Sequence record: ON529860.1
Reading direction: 5' to 3' (one strand)
DNA length: 64,000 nt
Shown: positions 36,556-45,827 of the stretch, one piece after another
Numbering within the stretch: position 1 is the first letter of the stretch
Layout: the number at the start of each line of letters is the position of its first letter
Made by a program: the position numbers and the translations under genes
Notes under the pieces: model-generated
Databases searched by the model: none
Seen by the model: the letters and a program-made list of their open reading frames with translations, nothing else
What the model was told of the DNA's origin: nothing

Positions 36556-36736
36556 TCCTGGTTCCGACAAGGCCTGGCACGGCTGAAGCGCAGGACCGGC
36601 CGCTGCGTCAACACGGTGGTCCGTCAAGGCCCGGCACGGCCGTGTATTGCTTAGACTTCCCTGAAAACTATCCCAACAAATCGCAACACCCGAGCCGGTC
36701 AAACCGATTTTCAACCGACTCGGGCTCACGCCGGAC

Positions 36737-37573
36737 CTATCCTGCCTTGGCGCGGGCGATCAGCCGCGAGATGTCCGCCGGCCCCTGCCCCAGGTGCTCG
36801 CCCAGGGCGTCCCGGAAGGCTTCGCGCCAGGAGCGGTTTCGGCGGTATCCGGGGATCGCGTAGAAGGTGCGGATCGCCGTCATGATCGTATGCTCGTCGG
36901 CGTCCTCGGGCAGCCCGTAGACGATCTCGCTGATGATGGCGGGGCTCGGCGCGATGATGATCTCGGGATCGGCGCCCGGCGCGACGTAGCGGTGGTGGAT
37001 GGTGGTGAACTCGCGGTGGTTCGGATGGATCGCGATACGATCGGTCGCCTGCCCGGCCTCGGTGCGTCGCCGGATCACCTCGGCCAGCATCAGCCCGACC
37101 TCGTCCTGGGTGAAGCGGGATTCGCTGCCGCTGGCGCCGTGGTGGTGATGCGGCGTCAGGGGTTTGAAGTGGACGACCTCGTCGTCCTCGTCGAGCCAGT
37201 CCACGCCGAGCAGGTCCGCGCCGGTCGAGCCGGCCCCGCGCACGGTGGTGTGCTGATAGACCGGCCGCAGCCGCAGTTCCGCCCGGACGCTGACGACGTC
37301 TGACAGGTCGAAGCGCCGGAACATCGGGTACTTGCCGCCGGCGTGGTCCTGCTTCTCCATGCGGTCGGCGGTGCGCACGATGGCCTCGCCGATATAGCGG
37401 GCCATCTGGGCGGTGCCCAACGGCAGGCTGATCCGGGCGCCGTGGTCGATCTCCAGCGTATGGAGGGTGGCGTCGGGATCGTAGCCGGGGCGCTTTTCGA
37501 GGATGCGCACGGTCATGCTGGCGCCGTGCGTGCCGGAGAAGTGCATCTCCTCCAGGGTCGTCGTCTTTTTCAT
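36737..37573 (-). CDS. hypothetical protein, 278 aa
   Basis: GAGAG RBS; long ORF. Confidence 0.8.
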   Translation of the reverse strand: MKKTTTLEEMHFSGTHGASMTVRILEKRPGYDPDATLHTLEIDHGARISLPLGTAQMARYIGEAIVRTADRMEKQDHAGGKYPMFRRFDLSDVVSVRAELRLRPVYQHTTVRGAGSTGADLLGVDWLDEDDEVVHFKPLTPHHHHGASGSESRFTQDEVGLMLAEVIRRRTEAGQATDRIAIHPNHREFTTIHHRYVAPGADPEIIIAPSPAIISEIVYGLPEDADEHTIMTAIRTFYAIPGYRRNRSWREAFRDALGEHLGQGPADISRLIARAKAG

Positions 37574-37750
37574 GGTGGTCTCTCATCACAGGCTCTAGGC
37601 CCGAGCCGACCATGAGGGGCGCTGCCGACGCTGTCAATCCGTGTCAGGTTTCCTGAACTTCCCTAAGCCGTATCCCAAATCTCAGGAGAGGCCGGCGCGT
37701 CCAAATCGATTTTCAACCGACTCGGGCTCGCGCCGACCCTTTGTCTCGGG

Positions 37751-38053
37751 TTAAGCCTCGGGCGCTGCCGAGCCTTCGGGGATCGTCGAGCCGCCGTTCA
37801 GGACCGCGTCGAACTGGTCGATCAGGTCCCAGATCGGCTTCATCTCGCCGTCGATCTCGACCTCGTCCAGGTTCCAGTCCGAGGCGATGCGGGCAAGCTG
37901 CCGGGCGACGCGGACCGCTTCGAGCGCGTCGAGCAGACGCTGGTAGTCGTGATCGTCCAGGATCAGGTCCTGGTCGTCGGGGCGGACGCCGATCAGGCGG
38001 GTGCGGATGAAGCCGGCGAGGATGTCGGCCTGGGTCGGGGGTGCTGATGTCAT
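37751..38053 (-). CDS. hypothetical protein, about 100 aa (ORF may extend to 38248)
   Basis: Phage-like composition from MTSAPPTQ. Confidence 0.6.
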   Translation of the reverse strand: MTSAPPTQADILAGFIRTRLIGVRPDDQDLILDDHDYQRLLDALEAVRVARQLARIASDWNLDEVEIDGEMKPIWDLIDQFDAVLNGGSTIPEGSAAPEA

Positions 38054-38369
38054 TGACAATCTATGTCGGGTATCTTGACCTGGGTCAAGAGGATCGCCGC
38101 CCGCCCCGGTGCATCGGGGCGGGCGCGCGGCCTGGTCAACCAGCAAACCCAGGCGGGCGCACCACAGGGGCGCCTCGATCTTGCGCTCACCGAAGAGCGC
38201 CACGGCCGCCGCAGCTAGGAACGGAACTGCGCGGACGGACCTGGACATTGCCGTCGATCCTGACAAAGGTCAAGCGAAATCCCCGCATGTCCACAGGCAC
38301 GTCGCCCAGACCGGTCAAGCGAAATGTCCGTATGTCCACAGGCGCGTGGGCGCGGTGGTCCAGGCAAGC

Positions 38370-38510
38370 AAAAACCCGCCGGCGTGGGGCCGGCGGGTTC
38401 TCAGGAGCGCTTCTGTTCAGGGAAGCCGTGCTCGTGAAGAGCACCGCAGCCGCCTATGCCGGGTATGGGTGCATGGAAGGAGTCGCGGACCCCGGCGCGA
38501 CCGGACCTCG
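38370..38510 (-). ncRNA. candidate sRNA (promoter, hairpins, anti-SD-like CUCCUUCC, terminator)
   Basis: TTGACA at 38533-38; terminator at 38370-38399; no convincing ORF. Confidence 0.4.
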
Positions 38511-38607
38511 ACAATGCCATACTGACAGTGTGTGTCAATGGGGCCGACATAGAAAAAGACCCGCCGGCGAACCGACGGGCCTGGATGCTGTTCGTCTCTG
38601 GGGTGCC

Positions 38608-38637
38608 TTAGCCCCAGGGGAATCCCTCGCGGTACAT
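38608..38637 (-). CDS. 9-aa micro-ORF MYREGFPWG in its own transcription unit
   Basis: GGAGG 5 nt upstream; TGGACA-N17-TAGACT promoter; terminator near 38552-38582. Confidence 0.4.
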   Translation of the reverse strand: MYREGFPWG

Positions 38638-38711
38638 GCGGGCCTCCACTCTGGATAAGTATGACAAAAAGAAGTCTACCACGGCGGCTGCGGTGTGTCC
38701 AGATTCACAGC

Positions 38712-38828
38712 AAAAGGCCCGCCGGCGAACCGACGGGCCTGGATCGATCAAGATGCTGGGACCTGTAAAGGACCACTTGCTCGGAAGCCGAAGCCCCGGA
38801 CGACACAGGATACGCGTGTCTTGATCCC
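38712..38828 (-). ncRNA. candidate structured sRNA closed by GAUCAAGA/UCUUGAUC stem
   Basis: TTGACA-N17-CATAAG promoter; internal hairpins incl. UUCG; terminator at 38712-38740. Confidence 0.45.
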
Positions 38829-38939
38829 CTTATGGGGCGAACCGCTGCGGGTGTCAAGAATCCAGGCAGCCGAGATTCCTCCCGAGGGCGGGCGCCGCGT
38901 CAAAAGACGGGGCAGTCGGCGTTGCGGCTGGTGCGGCCT

Positions 38940-39392
38940 TTAAGGGGTCCCGAGCACGGTAACACGGCGGACGGCGGTCGCATAGTTGTCGAACGCATTG
39001 CCTCGGATGCAGAAGGAGACGATGTCCCCCGGCTTGAACCGGTTGTCAGCCTCGGCGATCCAGGCGTCCCCGTCGACAGGGCCTGTGCGGCGCGCGTAGA
39101 GGCGTCCCGAGGGGTGGGTGCGCACGATCCCCCTGTAGCGGTTGTTCCTCAGCTTACGAACATCAACCGCGTGGACGGCTCCGTCCTCGGTGACCTGGAG
39201 ATCGAACGCCACGCGCTCCCCCGCATACAGGGGTGGGCGGTCGGGGCGGAACGCCTGGTCCGTGAGCAGGGGAACGACCACGTCTCCTGTGGTGGTGTCC
39301 GTGATGATGCTATAGGCCCCATCGCGCCGGTCGAGGTAGCCATCCCTGACGTATTCCTTGCGGAAGGCGTACTCTTGTGGTGTCTCAGTCAT
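38940..39392 (-). CDS. protein with two cold-shock-like OB domains, 150 aa
   Basis: LYAGERVAFDLQVTEDGAVHAVDV and FKPGDIVSF resemble the CSD C-terminal strands. Confidence 0.65.
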   Translation of the reverse strand: MTETPQEYAFRKEYVRDGYLDRRDGAYSIITDTTTGDVVVPLLTDQAFRPDRPPLYAGERVAFDLQVTEDGAVHAVDVRKLRNNRYRGIVRTHPSGRLYARRTGPVDGDAWIAEADNRFKPGDIVSFCIRGNAFDNYATAVRRVTVLGTP

Positions 39393-40105
39393 TAGTCTTC
39401 CCTTCTCTCGGGCACGCCGAACACCGCGTCCGGGTATTGGTCGTGGCTGTAGTCCTCGACCGCGTCGAAGCCTTGCTCCTTGGCGATCTCCAGGGCCTCG
39501 TCGGCGCTGCTGGCGCGGATCGTCCACTGGTCGCGGTTGGTCCAGGTCACGTCGATGTCGTAGAGGCCTTCGCCTTCCGGCTCAGGTTCCGGCGTCGGGT
39601 CGGGCACGGTGATCGTTATGGCGGTGGTCTCGGCCGCCTGGCCCTGGACCGTTTCCCGAAGGGTGACGACACCTTCGTTGGTCGCCGAGAGGACTTCGAC
39701 ACGGTGACCCTGGAGCGCGCTCAGGCGCCCTTCTTCTCTGGCCGCCGCGATGACCCGATTGAGGTAGTAGCGCGACACCCCGTCCATGAAGACCTTGAAC
39801 TCGGGCTCCAGCAGCACGCGGCGGATGAAGGCTTCGTCGGTCACATAGGCGCCGATGTTCGACCGCAGGAAGCGGTGGCGGTAGTCCGGCAGCGTCTCGG
39901 GCGCGACCGCGATCAGATCATGCGCGACCAACTCGGACCCCTCGCCCCGCAGGGCGAACTCGACCTGGGCGTTGCGAGGCAGATCGGTCAGGCCCTGCTG
40001 AGCGCCGTCGGCGACGCGCACCGTTCTTACTGTGGGTTCGCGCTGTGCGATGAACCAGCGGTTGTTGAACTGGAAGAGTCCACCGCTATTAGGGCGTTCG
40101 GTCAT
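39392..40105 (-). CDS. protein with N-terminal cold-shock-like domain, 237 aa
   Basis: LPRNAQVEFALRGEGSELVAHDL segment. Confidence 0.6.
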   Translation of the reverse strand: MTERPNSGGLFQFNNRWFIAQREPTVRTVRVADGAQQGLTDLPRNAQVEFALRGEGSELVAHDLIAVAPETLPDYRHRFLRSNIGAYVTDEAFIRRVLLEPEFKVFMDGVSRYYLNRVIAAAREEGRLSALQGHRVEVLSATNEGVVTLRETVQGQAAETTAITITVPDPTPEPEPEGEGLYDIDVTWTNRDQWTIRASSADEALEIAKEQGFDAVEDYSHDQYPDAVFGVPERRED

Positions 40106-40160
40106 GGGGTTTCCTTGGTGATCAGATCGGCGTTGAAGTGGACGCGGCCCCACCGATCGA

Positions 40161-40367
40161 TCATGGGTAGACCTGCTTGACGTCGGCTGCTCGGTCGCCG
40201 CCCTCGCACACAGTCGCCAGGCGATAGGAGACAATGTCGCCGGGCGCGAAGACCTTGTCGTCCACGCCGCCTTCAATGGGAAGCCAATCCTCATAGCCCG
40301 ACACCTGGGTGGTCAGGAAGGCGTTCGGACCTGCGCGGTGCAGGATTCCTTGAAGACGTTCGGTCAT
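40161..40367 (-). CDS. single cold-shock-like domain protein, 68 aa
   Basis: LQGIL...AFLTT...FAPGDIVSYRL...GGDRAADV; CSD length. Confidence 0.65.
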   Translation of the reverse strand: MTERLQGILHRAGPNAFLTTQVSGYEDWLPIEGGVDDKVFAPGDIVSYRLATVCEGGDRAADVKQVYP

Positions 40368-41440
40368 GCGGCGGCCTCGATCTCGACCGCGAAGAGGTGA
40401 CCGTCCGTCGCACGCTCCAGGCGATAGGTGACCGCACCCATGGTATCAGGGTAGAAGCCGCCTGCCACGGCGATCCAGTTCTGGTAGTTGGACTCCTGGG
40501 TCATCACGAAGACCTGTCCGGCAGAGCGGATCAGGATGCCGCGCTTGCGCTCCAGGATCGACGTCTCGACCGGGTCACGCGGCTGCACGGTGACGACCCG
40601 CTCACACCCATAGACGAGGCGCGTGCTGAACCGCACCCGCGTGCCGTTCGGGAATTCGGTCGTGGCCGATTGGATCGGGATCAACCGCGCCGTGCCTTCA
40701 ATCGTAGCGACGAACCGCCGGTCCCCCACATGCATGTAGAAGCCGTTCTCCATCTCAGGCGCAGCGCCGTCGGCCTGGCCGCAGGCGTCATAGGTGCTGT
40801 CCGGCAGGGGCTTCCTCGGGGCGCAGGGTCGGAGGGCGGTCGCGTAGCGCTGCCCGGAATTCCCTTCAATCACCGCGTAGGAGACGCGTTCGTGCCGGCG
40901 CAAACCGAGTTCCTGGCCTGCGCTCAGCCTGATCGCGTCGCTGCCGTCCTCGGGGTAGATCACGGCCCAGGCGTGCGTCATGCCCGGCGTGTCCGAGGGT
41001 TCCCGCTGCATTCCGATGATGCCGGTGAACCGGGCGGGCTCCCGCACCGTCTCGGGCGTCACGCCCTGAATGAAGAACTCGCCGCGTTCCTGCACCTCGA
41101 ACAGGTAATCTAGGCGCTTGCGCTCGTCGGGCGACCCATAGGAACGCCCCTGACTGCACCAAGAGATCATGCCGGCCCACTCGATGAAGTTGACCACAGC
41201 CTGGGTGCGCGGCGTGCCGTTGTTCATCCGGGCGCCCAAAGCGAGCCCCATCAGTTCACGCACCGCCAGTTGACAGAGCGCGCCGCGAGTCTGGCATCCC
41301 TTCAGACCCAACTCCAACGCGCGTTCGATGCCGGCGCGCACCGACAGCGAAGCGCGCGCCTTGAAGTAGTCGGCCTTCATCATGTCGTCGTGCAGATACT
41401 GGATCAGGGCGGCGTGCTGCTCGCGCGTCTTCTCGGTCAT
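40364..41440 (-). CDS. 358-aa protein with three C-terminal cold-shock-like repeats
   Basis: RFTGII..WAVIYPEDGSDAI..LRRHERVSYAVIEGNSGQRYAT plus two further similar units. Confidence 0.7.
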   Translation of the reverse strand: MTEKTREQHAALIQYLHDDMMKADYFKARASLSVRAGIERALELGLKGCQTRGALCQLAVRELMGLALGARMNNGTPRTQAVVNFIEWAGMISWCSQGRSYGSPDERKRLDYLFEVQERGEFFIQGVTPETVREPARFTGIIGMQREPSDTPGMTHAWAVIYPEDGSDAIRLSAGQELGLRRHERVSYAVIEGNSGQRYATALRPCAPRKPLPDSTYDACGQADGAAPEMENGFYMHVGDRRFVATIEGTARLIPIQSATTEFPNGTRVRFSTRLVYGCERVVTVQPRDPVETSILERKRGILIRSAGQVFVMTQESNYQNWIAVAGGFYPDTMGAVTYRLERATDGHLFAVEIEAAA

Positions 41441-41451
41441 CGGGGCTCCTC

Positions 41452-42276
41452 TTGTCTGTCAACGAACGACGTAGCAGCCGCCGTCAGGATATGCAACAGC
41501 GATTGACAGGATCGGCGGCACACGCTTATGGTCGCGCCATGATCCTGACCGACCTCGCCCAGCATAACCAGAAGCGGCTGAAGAAGCACGACGTCATGTC
41601 GATCGCCCGCTCGGTGAAGAAGCACCTCTCGCGCCTGACCTCCATGGGCTACACCGCCGGCGCCGTCTCTGAAGGCGAGCGCGGCATCGTCAAGGTGACC
41701 ACGCCGCAGGGCCGGCGCTTCGAAATCGCCGTGCGCGAGATTTCCTGCGACGAGGAGATCATGCAGGCCCAGGCCTATTGCGCCGCGCTTGACGACCTCG
41801 ATCCTAAGAATCTGCCGCCGGTCTCCGGGCCTGCCCCCGAGGGCGTCATCCAGACGCTCGCCGCCGAAGCGCGCGGCTGCCCGATCAAGACCTGGGTCTC
41901 CGAACCTCAGCCTGCGGTGATCACCGGCAAGGCGACGCGCGTCCTGGAGCGCCGAAGCAGCCTGGCTGGGCTCAACATCGACGGCGAGTACGTCTATCGC
42001 AACTACGCGGTCAACTATGACGGCCGGACCTGGGACGACCTGTCGCCGAGCGAACGCCTGTCGTGGGATGATCAGGCGGCGCTGCTCGTCGGCCGCCTCG
42101 CCCGGAAGAAGGCCCCGGAGCCCGTCGCGGCGGTCAAGACGCCCGAGCCGGTCACCGGCCGCGACCTCTACATGACGATGATCGACAACTCCGGCGTCCA
42201 CTGCAACCGCTTCCCCGCCTGGAATGAACTGGACGAGGCTGCCCAGGCGGACTGGAATCGAAAGGCGCAGAACTGA
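41452..42276 (+). CDS. hypothetical protein, 274 aa (start uncertain)
   Basis: Long ORF coupled to next gene. Confidence 0.7.
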   Translation: MSVNERRSSRRQDMQQRLTGSAAHAYGRAMILTDLAQHNQKRLKKHDVMSIARSVKKHLSRLTSMGYTAGAVSEGERGIVKVTTPQGRRFEIAVREISCDEEIMQAQAYCAALDDLDPKNLPPVSGPAPEGVIQTLAAEARGCPIKTWVSEPQPAVITGKATRVLERRSSLAGLNIDGEYVYRNYAVNYDGRTWDDLSPSERLSWDDQAALLVGRLARKKAPEPVAAVKTPEPVTGRDLYMTMIDNSGVHCNRFPAWNELDEAAQADWNRKAQN

Positions 42277-43076
42277 TGCACTGGGTCCTGCAAGAGAACA
42301 TGTTCGGCGAACTCGCCTACGCTGAGTTCTGCCGCACGCTGGGCCGGCTCGGGCTGCCCTATTCGGTCCACCGGGTCGTCCCCTTCATCGGGACCTTCCT
42401 GGAAGAACCACAGATCGAAACGAACAACGCCATCTGCATGGGCTCCTACTCGATGCGCTACAAGGCCGCCGAGATGGGGTGGAACCCTGGCGTGTTCGAT
42501 CTGGAGCCGTTCGACTTCCCCGTCCAGCACGCCCACTGGGGCGCCAACATGCTGAACGCGGCGTCTCGCGTCCTGCCGCTGCGCGAGGTCGACCTGGGCG
42601 AGGCGCGCGCCTTCATCCGCCCGAGCCGCGACACCAAGGCCTTCCCGGCGAAGGTCTATGACCCGTTCGAGTTCCGCGACTGGCAGGCCAAGGTCGAGAA
42701 GCTGGGCGACATGCCTCTGGCACTGCTGGACCGGAACACCCTGGTCCAGGTCAGTCCCGTGCGGGAAATCTATGAGGAATACCGCTTCTGGGTGATCCGG
42801 GGCGAGATCGTCTGCGCCTCGCTCTACAAGCGCGGCGATCGGGCGCTCCATGACGCCGACGTGCCGCTGGCCTACCACGAGTACGTCCGCGCCATGATCG
42901 ACATCTGGCAGCCGCAGGAGGCCTTCGTGATCGACGTGGCGAACGTGCCCGACGACGGCGACGGCTGGCGCGGGATCAAGATCATCGAGATCAACTCGAT
43001 CAACTCGGCGGGCTTCTATGCGGCGAACCTGCCGAAGCTGGCGATGGCGTTCGAAGACGCCTTCAACGAGGACTGA
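42276..43076 (+). CDS. ATP-grasp domain protein, R2K/DUF4343-like
   Basis: FIRPSRDTKAF, EEYRFWVI, FVIDVA, KIIEINSINSAGFY motifs. Confidence 0.85.
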   Translation: MHWVLQENMFGELAYAEFCRTLGRLGLPYSVHRVVPFIGTFLEEPQIETNNAICMGSYSMRYKAAEMGWNPGVFDLEPFDFPVQHAHWGANMLNAASRVLPLREVDLGEARAFIRPSRDTKAFPAKVYDPFEFRDWQAKVEKLGDMPLALLDRNTLVQVSPVREIYEEYRFWVIRGEIVCASLYKRGDRALHDADVPLAYHEYVRAMIDIWQPQEAFVIDVANVPDDGDGWRGIKIIEINSINSAGFYAANLPKLAMAFEDAFNED

Positions 43077-43077
43077 C

Positions 43078-43230
43078 ATGGTCCCTTCCCTGCCCCCTCA
43101 CCTACCGGCGCCGAAGCCACACTGTGCCTATGTGATCAACCATGATGGAGTTTGGTGGCTTCACTCAGGGTATGGGACGGCGCGCCCCTTGACGCTGGCC
43201 GAGATCGCGGCTGGTGGCCTGAAATGCTGA
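43078..43230 (+). CDS. hypothetical protein, 50 aa
   Basis: GAGGA RBS. Confidence 0.5.
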   Translation: MVPSLPPHLPAPKPHCAYVINHDGVWWLHSGYGTARPLTLAEIAAGGLKC

Positions 43231-43574
43231 AGCTGTTCCGCCGTCCCAAACCGCCGGCGCCGCCGGCCTTTCAACCACCGCTGCCGGTCGAGATCGTCGA
43301 GACCTATGACGGCTACCTGATCCGCAAGACGGGGACCGACCTCTACGCCTGGTTCGCCTCCTCGGACACGCCGCACTGGCGCCCGCGCGACTGGCGCAAT
43401 CATGACCAGCCGTTCGGTTACGCCTACTCGCTCTACCGCACCAAAGACCTCGAACTCGCCCGCACCGCCTGCGCCCAGGTCGAGACCTACATGGGACGGG
43501 AGGCGGAGCGCGCACACAGCGCGGCCGTGGAGGCCTTCGAGCGCGCCAACTACGCCGAGCGGGTGATCGCGTGA
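43224..43574 (+). CDS. hypothetical protein, 116 aa
   Basis: Coupled ORF from MLKLFRRP. Confidence 0.7.
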   Translation: MLKLFRRPKPPAPPAFQPPLPVEIVETYDGYLIRKTGTDLYAWFASSDTPHWRPRDWRNHDQPFGYAYSLYRTKDLELARTACAQVETYMGREAERAHSAAVEAFERANYAERVIA

Positions 43575-43738
43575 CGTTCGGCGCCAGACCGCCCATCCCT
43601 GGTGACGTGATTCGCCACATCCGCAGCACCGCGACCGCCGGCAAGACCCTGTGCGGGCGCACCATAAGCCGGGTCTACACGGAGCGGTCCGGCTCCCCCG
43701 CCACCTGCGTCAAGTGCATCGGTCTCAGAGACGCATGA
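43571..43738 (+). CDS. small Zn-binding protein, 55 aa
   Basis: H...TLCG...TCVKC; 4-nt overlaps on both sides. Confidence 0.55.
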   Translation: MTFGARPPIPGDVIRHIRSTATAGKTLCGRTISRVYTERSGSPATCVKCIGLRDA

Positions 43739-43986
43739 CCACCGAAACCTACATCTGCCTCAACTGCCGGAAGGACTTCACGGCCCGCACCGCCGACCGA
43801 CTGCGCGGTTGGGCCAGGTACTGCTGCAAGTCCTGCAAGGCCAAGCAAATGAAGCCGGGCATCCGAGGCCGCCGCATCACCCACGTCGTCGTTGACGAAT
43901 ACGCCCTGGGCGGCTCGGTCGCCAACGGCGCCTATCACGACTTCGACGACACCCACCCCTTCTCGGGCGACGCCTTGGAGCCATAG
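43735..43986 (+). CDS. small Zn-binding protein, 83 aa
   Basis: CLNCRKDF...RGWARYCCKSC motif. Confidence 0.7.
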   Translation: MTTETYICLNCRKDFTARTADRLRGWARYCCKSCKAKQMKPGIRGRRITHVVVDEYALGGSVANGAYHDFDDTHPFSGDALEP

Positions 43987-43988
43987 CG

Positions 43989-44363
43989 ATGCAGATCAAG
44001 ATGAACGGACGGGTGGTCTATAACGGCAGGCCCCTGGCGATTGACGGCTTCACTGTCTCCAATCCGCTGGACCCGTCGCCGCCGACCGAAATCCCCGAGA
44101 CCCTCACCTTAACCGGTGAACTGGTCATGACGGAGACGCAACGCGCCCGTTTCGAGGCCTGGGCCGAGGAGATGCGGGCGAAGGAACTGGCGCGGGTCAA
44201 GCTGTTCGCGGCGACGACCGGGCTTCCCGTGGTCTATGACACCACCATGTTCGGCATGGCGTGGTCGCCCCGTTATGGCGCCGGCGGCGCCGTACTGGGC
44301 TGGAGCCACAACACCACCCATGACTACCGCACCGGCCCTGACTATCCTGGAGACGACGCGTGA
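43989..44363 (+). CDS. hypothetical protein, 124 aa
   Basis: Adjacent ORF in operon. Confidence 0.7.
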   Translation: MQIKMNGRVVYNGRPLAIDGFTVSNPLDPSPPTEIPETLTLTGELVMTETQRARFEAWAEEMRAKELARVKLFAATTGLPVVYDTTMFGMAWSPRYGAGGAVLGWSHNTTHDYRTGPDYPGDDA

Positions 44364-44470
44364 CCATCGCCCTCGTGATCCTCATTCCGCTGGCTGTTTC
44401 CGTCCTGCTTGAACTCATGTGCTGTGTGTCAGCGCCGAACCCTGTCCTCCCTGGAGACGAACGCCCGTGA
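44360..44470 (+). CDS. small membrane peptide, 36 aa
   Basis: GTGA overlaps on both sides; hydrophobic N-half. Confidence 0.45.
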   Translation: MTIALVILIPLAVSVLLELMCCVSAPNPVLPGDERP

Positions 44471-44763
44471 CCCGACGCAAGCGCTTCGACGCTTTGAAGC
44501 ACGGCGATCTCTTCTGGCTGGACCTGGACAAAAGCGTCGTCGCGCAGGCGTATGGCGTCACCGCGTTGACCGCGCCTGACTGGGTTCAGGTTCATTACGT
44601 CCTGCCCGGCGACCCGGTCCCCTATCGACGCACGGTCCTGGCGGCGCACCAGGTCTTCATCCTGTCGAAACCACCGAAGGGCGAAATCAAGGAACTGAAG
44701 GCGTTGAACGGATTGCACGGGACCGCTCTGCCCGACGACACCGCCCTGGTGTTCGGCCAGTAA
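44467..44763 (+). CDS. hypothetical protein, 98 aa
   Basis: GGAGA RBS, GTG start. Confidence 0.7.
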   Translation: MTRRKRFDALKHGDLFWLDLDKSVVAQAYGVTALTAPDWVQVHYVLPGDPVPYRRTVLAAHQVFILSKPPKGEIKELKALNGLHGTALPDDTALVFGQ

Positions 44764-44783
44764 GACCACCGCCAAGGCGACTT

Positions 44784-44836
44784 CACTCCTGCGCTTCGCG
44801 CCGTCGTGCCCGGCTCCGCCGGCCGCACCTCCGGTC
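44784..44836. repeat. 53-bp triple-hairpin dispersed element, copy 3
   Basis: At a convergent operon junction. Confidence 0.85.
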
Positions 44837-44956
44837 GCCTGAAGTAGACGACGTGGTTGACTCAGGCGATACGCCGATGCGGCTCACGCCCGGCACCGCC
44901 TCTCAGGATCGCCGGCTGAAACGTCGAACCGCCGCAGGGCTAGGCCCGGCACGCCA

Positions 44957-45424
44957 TCACGGCTTTAGTCCCACGTATGGGTTGGGGCGTCCAGTCTTCG
45001 CGGCTTTGGCGATCTCCCTGTCCAGGAAGTACCGGCGGCGAAGACCGTGGACAGCGCCCTCCTGGTAACCCTTCCCGAGCCCCTCATGGACGACGCACGG
45101 CTGATCTTTCTTGGCGCGACATTGCGGACAGGGCACTGAAAAGGCTTCACGCGGACCATTCCGCACCGTCCGCGACCGATATTCGTCCTCAGTGTAGGGT
45201 TCGATGGGGACATCTCGCGTCGAAATGACCAACCGCTTGATTTTGAAAGGGAGCCCCACCCCCTCCCCGTAACCTCTGTCAGAGGCGAGGAACGCGGCCT
45301 CTCGCGGATCGGCGTTACTCCACGCCGCCTCGGGATCGGAAGTCCAAAAATGAGGACCGCCGACGCCGCCAAACCGACGCAGGAACATCCCCGTTGCGGG
45401 GTCTTCGATCAGAAATTTCGCCAT
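44957..45424 (-). CDS. hypothetical protein with C-terminal CPQC..PC Zn finger, 155 aa
   Basis: GAGGGG RBS before MAKFLIED. Confidence 0.7.
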   Translation of the reverse strand: MAKFLIEDPATGMFLRRFGGVGGPHFWTSDPEAAWSNADPREAAFLASDRGYGEGVGLPFKIKRLVISTRDVPIEPYTEDEYRSRTVRNGPREAFSVPCPQCRAKKDQPCVVHEGLGKGYQEGAVHGLRRRYFLDREIAKAAKTGRPNPYVGLKP

Positions 45425-45551
45425 GATAGCCCCTCTCGTTATGGGTTCCGCTGAACCTGTCCTCGGTCCCAGGACACAGGACACCAGGCCCGGCACAGCG
45501 ACTGCGTCACCGTGGCGGCGCAGCACTCGAACGCAGTTCGAGCGGCACGCC

Positions 45552-45827
45552 CTATTCGGCAGCCTCGACCGGATCGCCTTCCCCGTTCAGGCCCGGCACG
45601 ACCGTAACGACCTCTCGGCCGGACCGCCTGCACGTCTCCAGCAGCGTCTCCTCCAGTCGACCGGCCCGGTTCCTGAACCGCCACACGATGTCGACCTGGC
45701 GGATGAAGGGCTGGTTGTTCAAGATGCGGTCAGCGCGTGCGCGGGCCGAGTCCATGTCGAACGCCTCCGACAGCGGCTCCAGCCGCTTGACGTAATGCTG
45801 TTCGTGATGACGACGGGTCCCGATCAT
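45552..45827 (-). CDS. hypothetical protein, 91 aa
   Basis: ATGA coupling. Confidence 0.65.
   Translation of the reverse strand: MIGTRRHHEQHYVKRLEPLSEAFDMDSARARADRILNNQPFIRQVDIVWRFRNRAGRLEETLLETCRRSGREVVTVVPGLNGEGDPVEAAE

Noticed and set aside
36726-37637. Alternative 303-aa frame and other Arg/Pro-rich ORFs overlapping called genes
   Set aside because: Composition typical of off-frame GC-rich sequence; the overlapping frame has the RBS and normal composition.
38286-38340. DnaA boxes (ATGTCCACA x2)
   Set aside because: Two mismatches from TTATCCACA and no adjacent AT-rich unwinding element.
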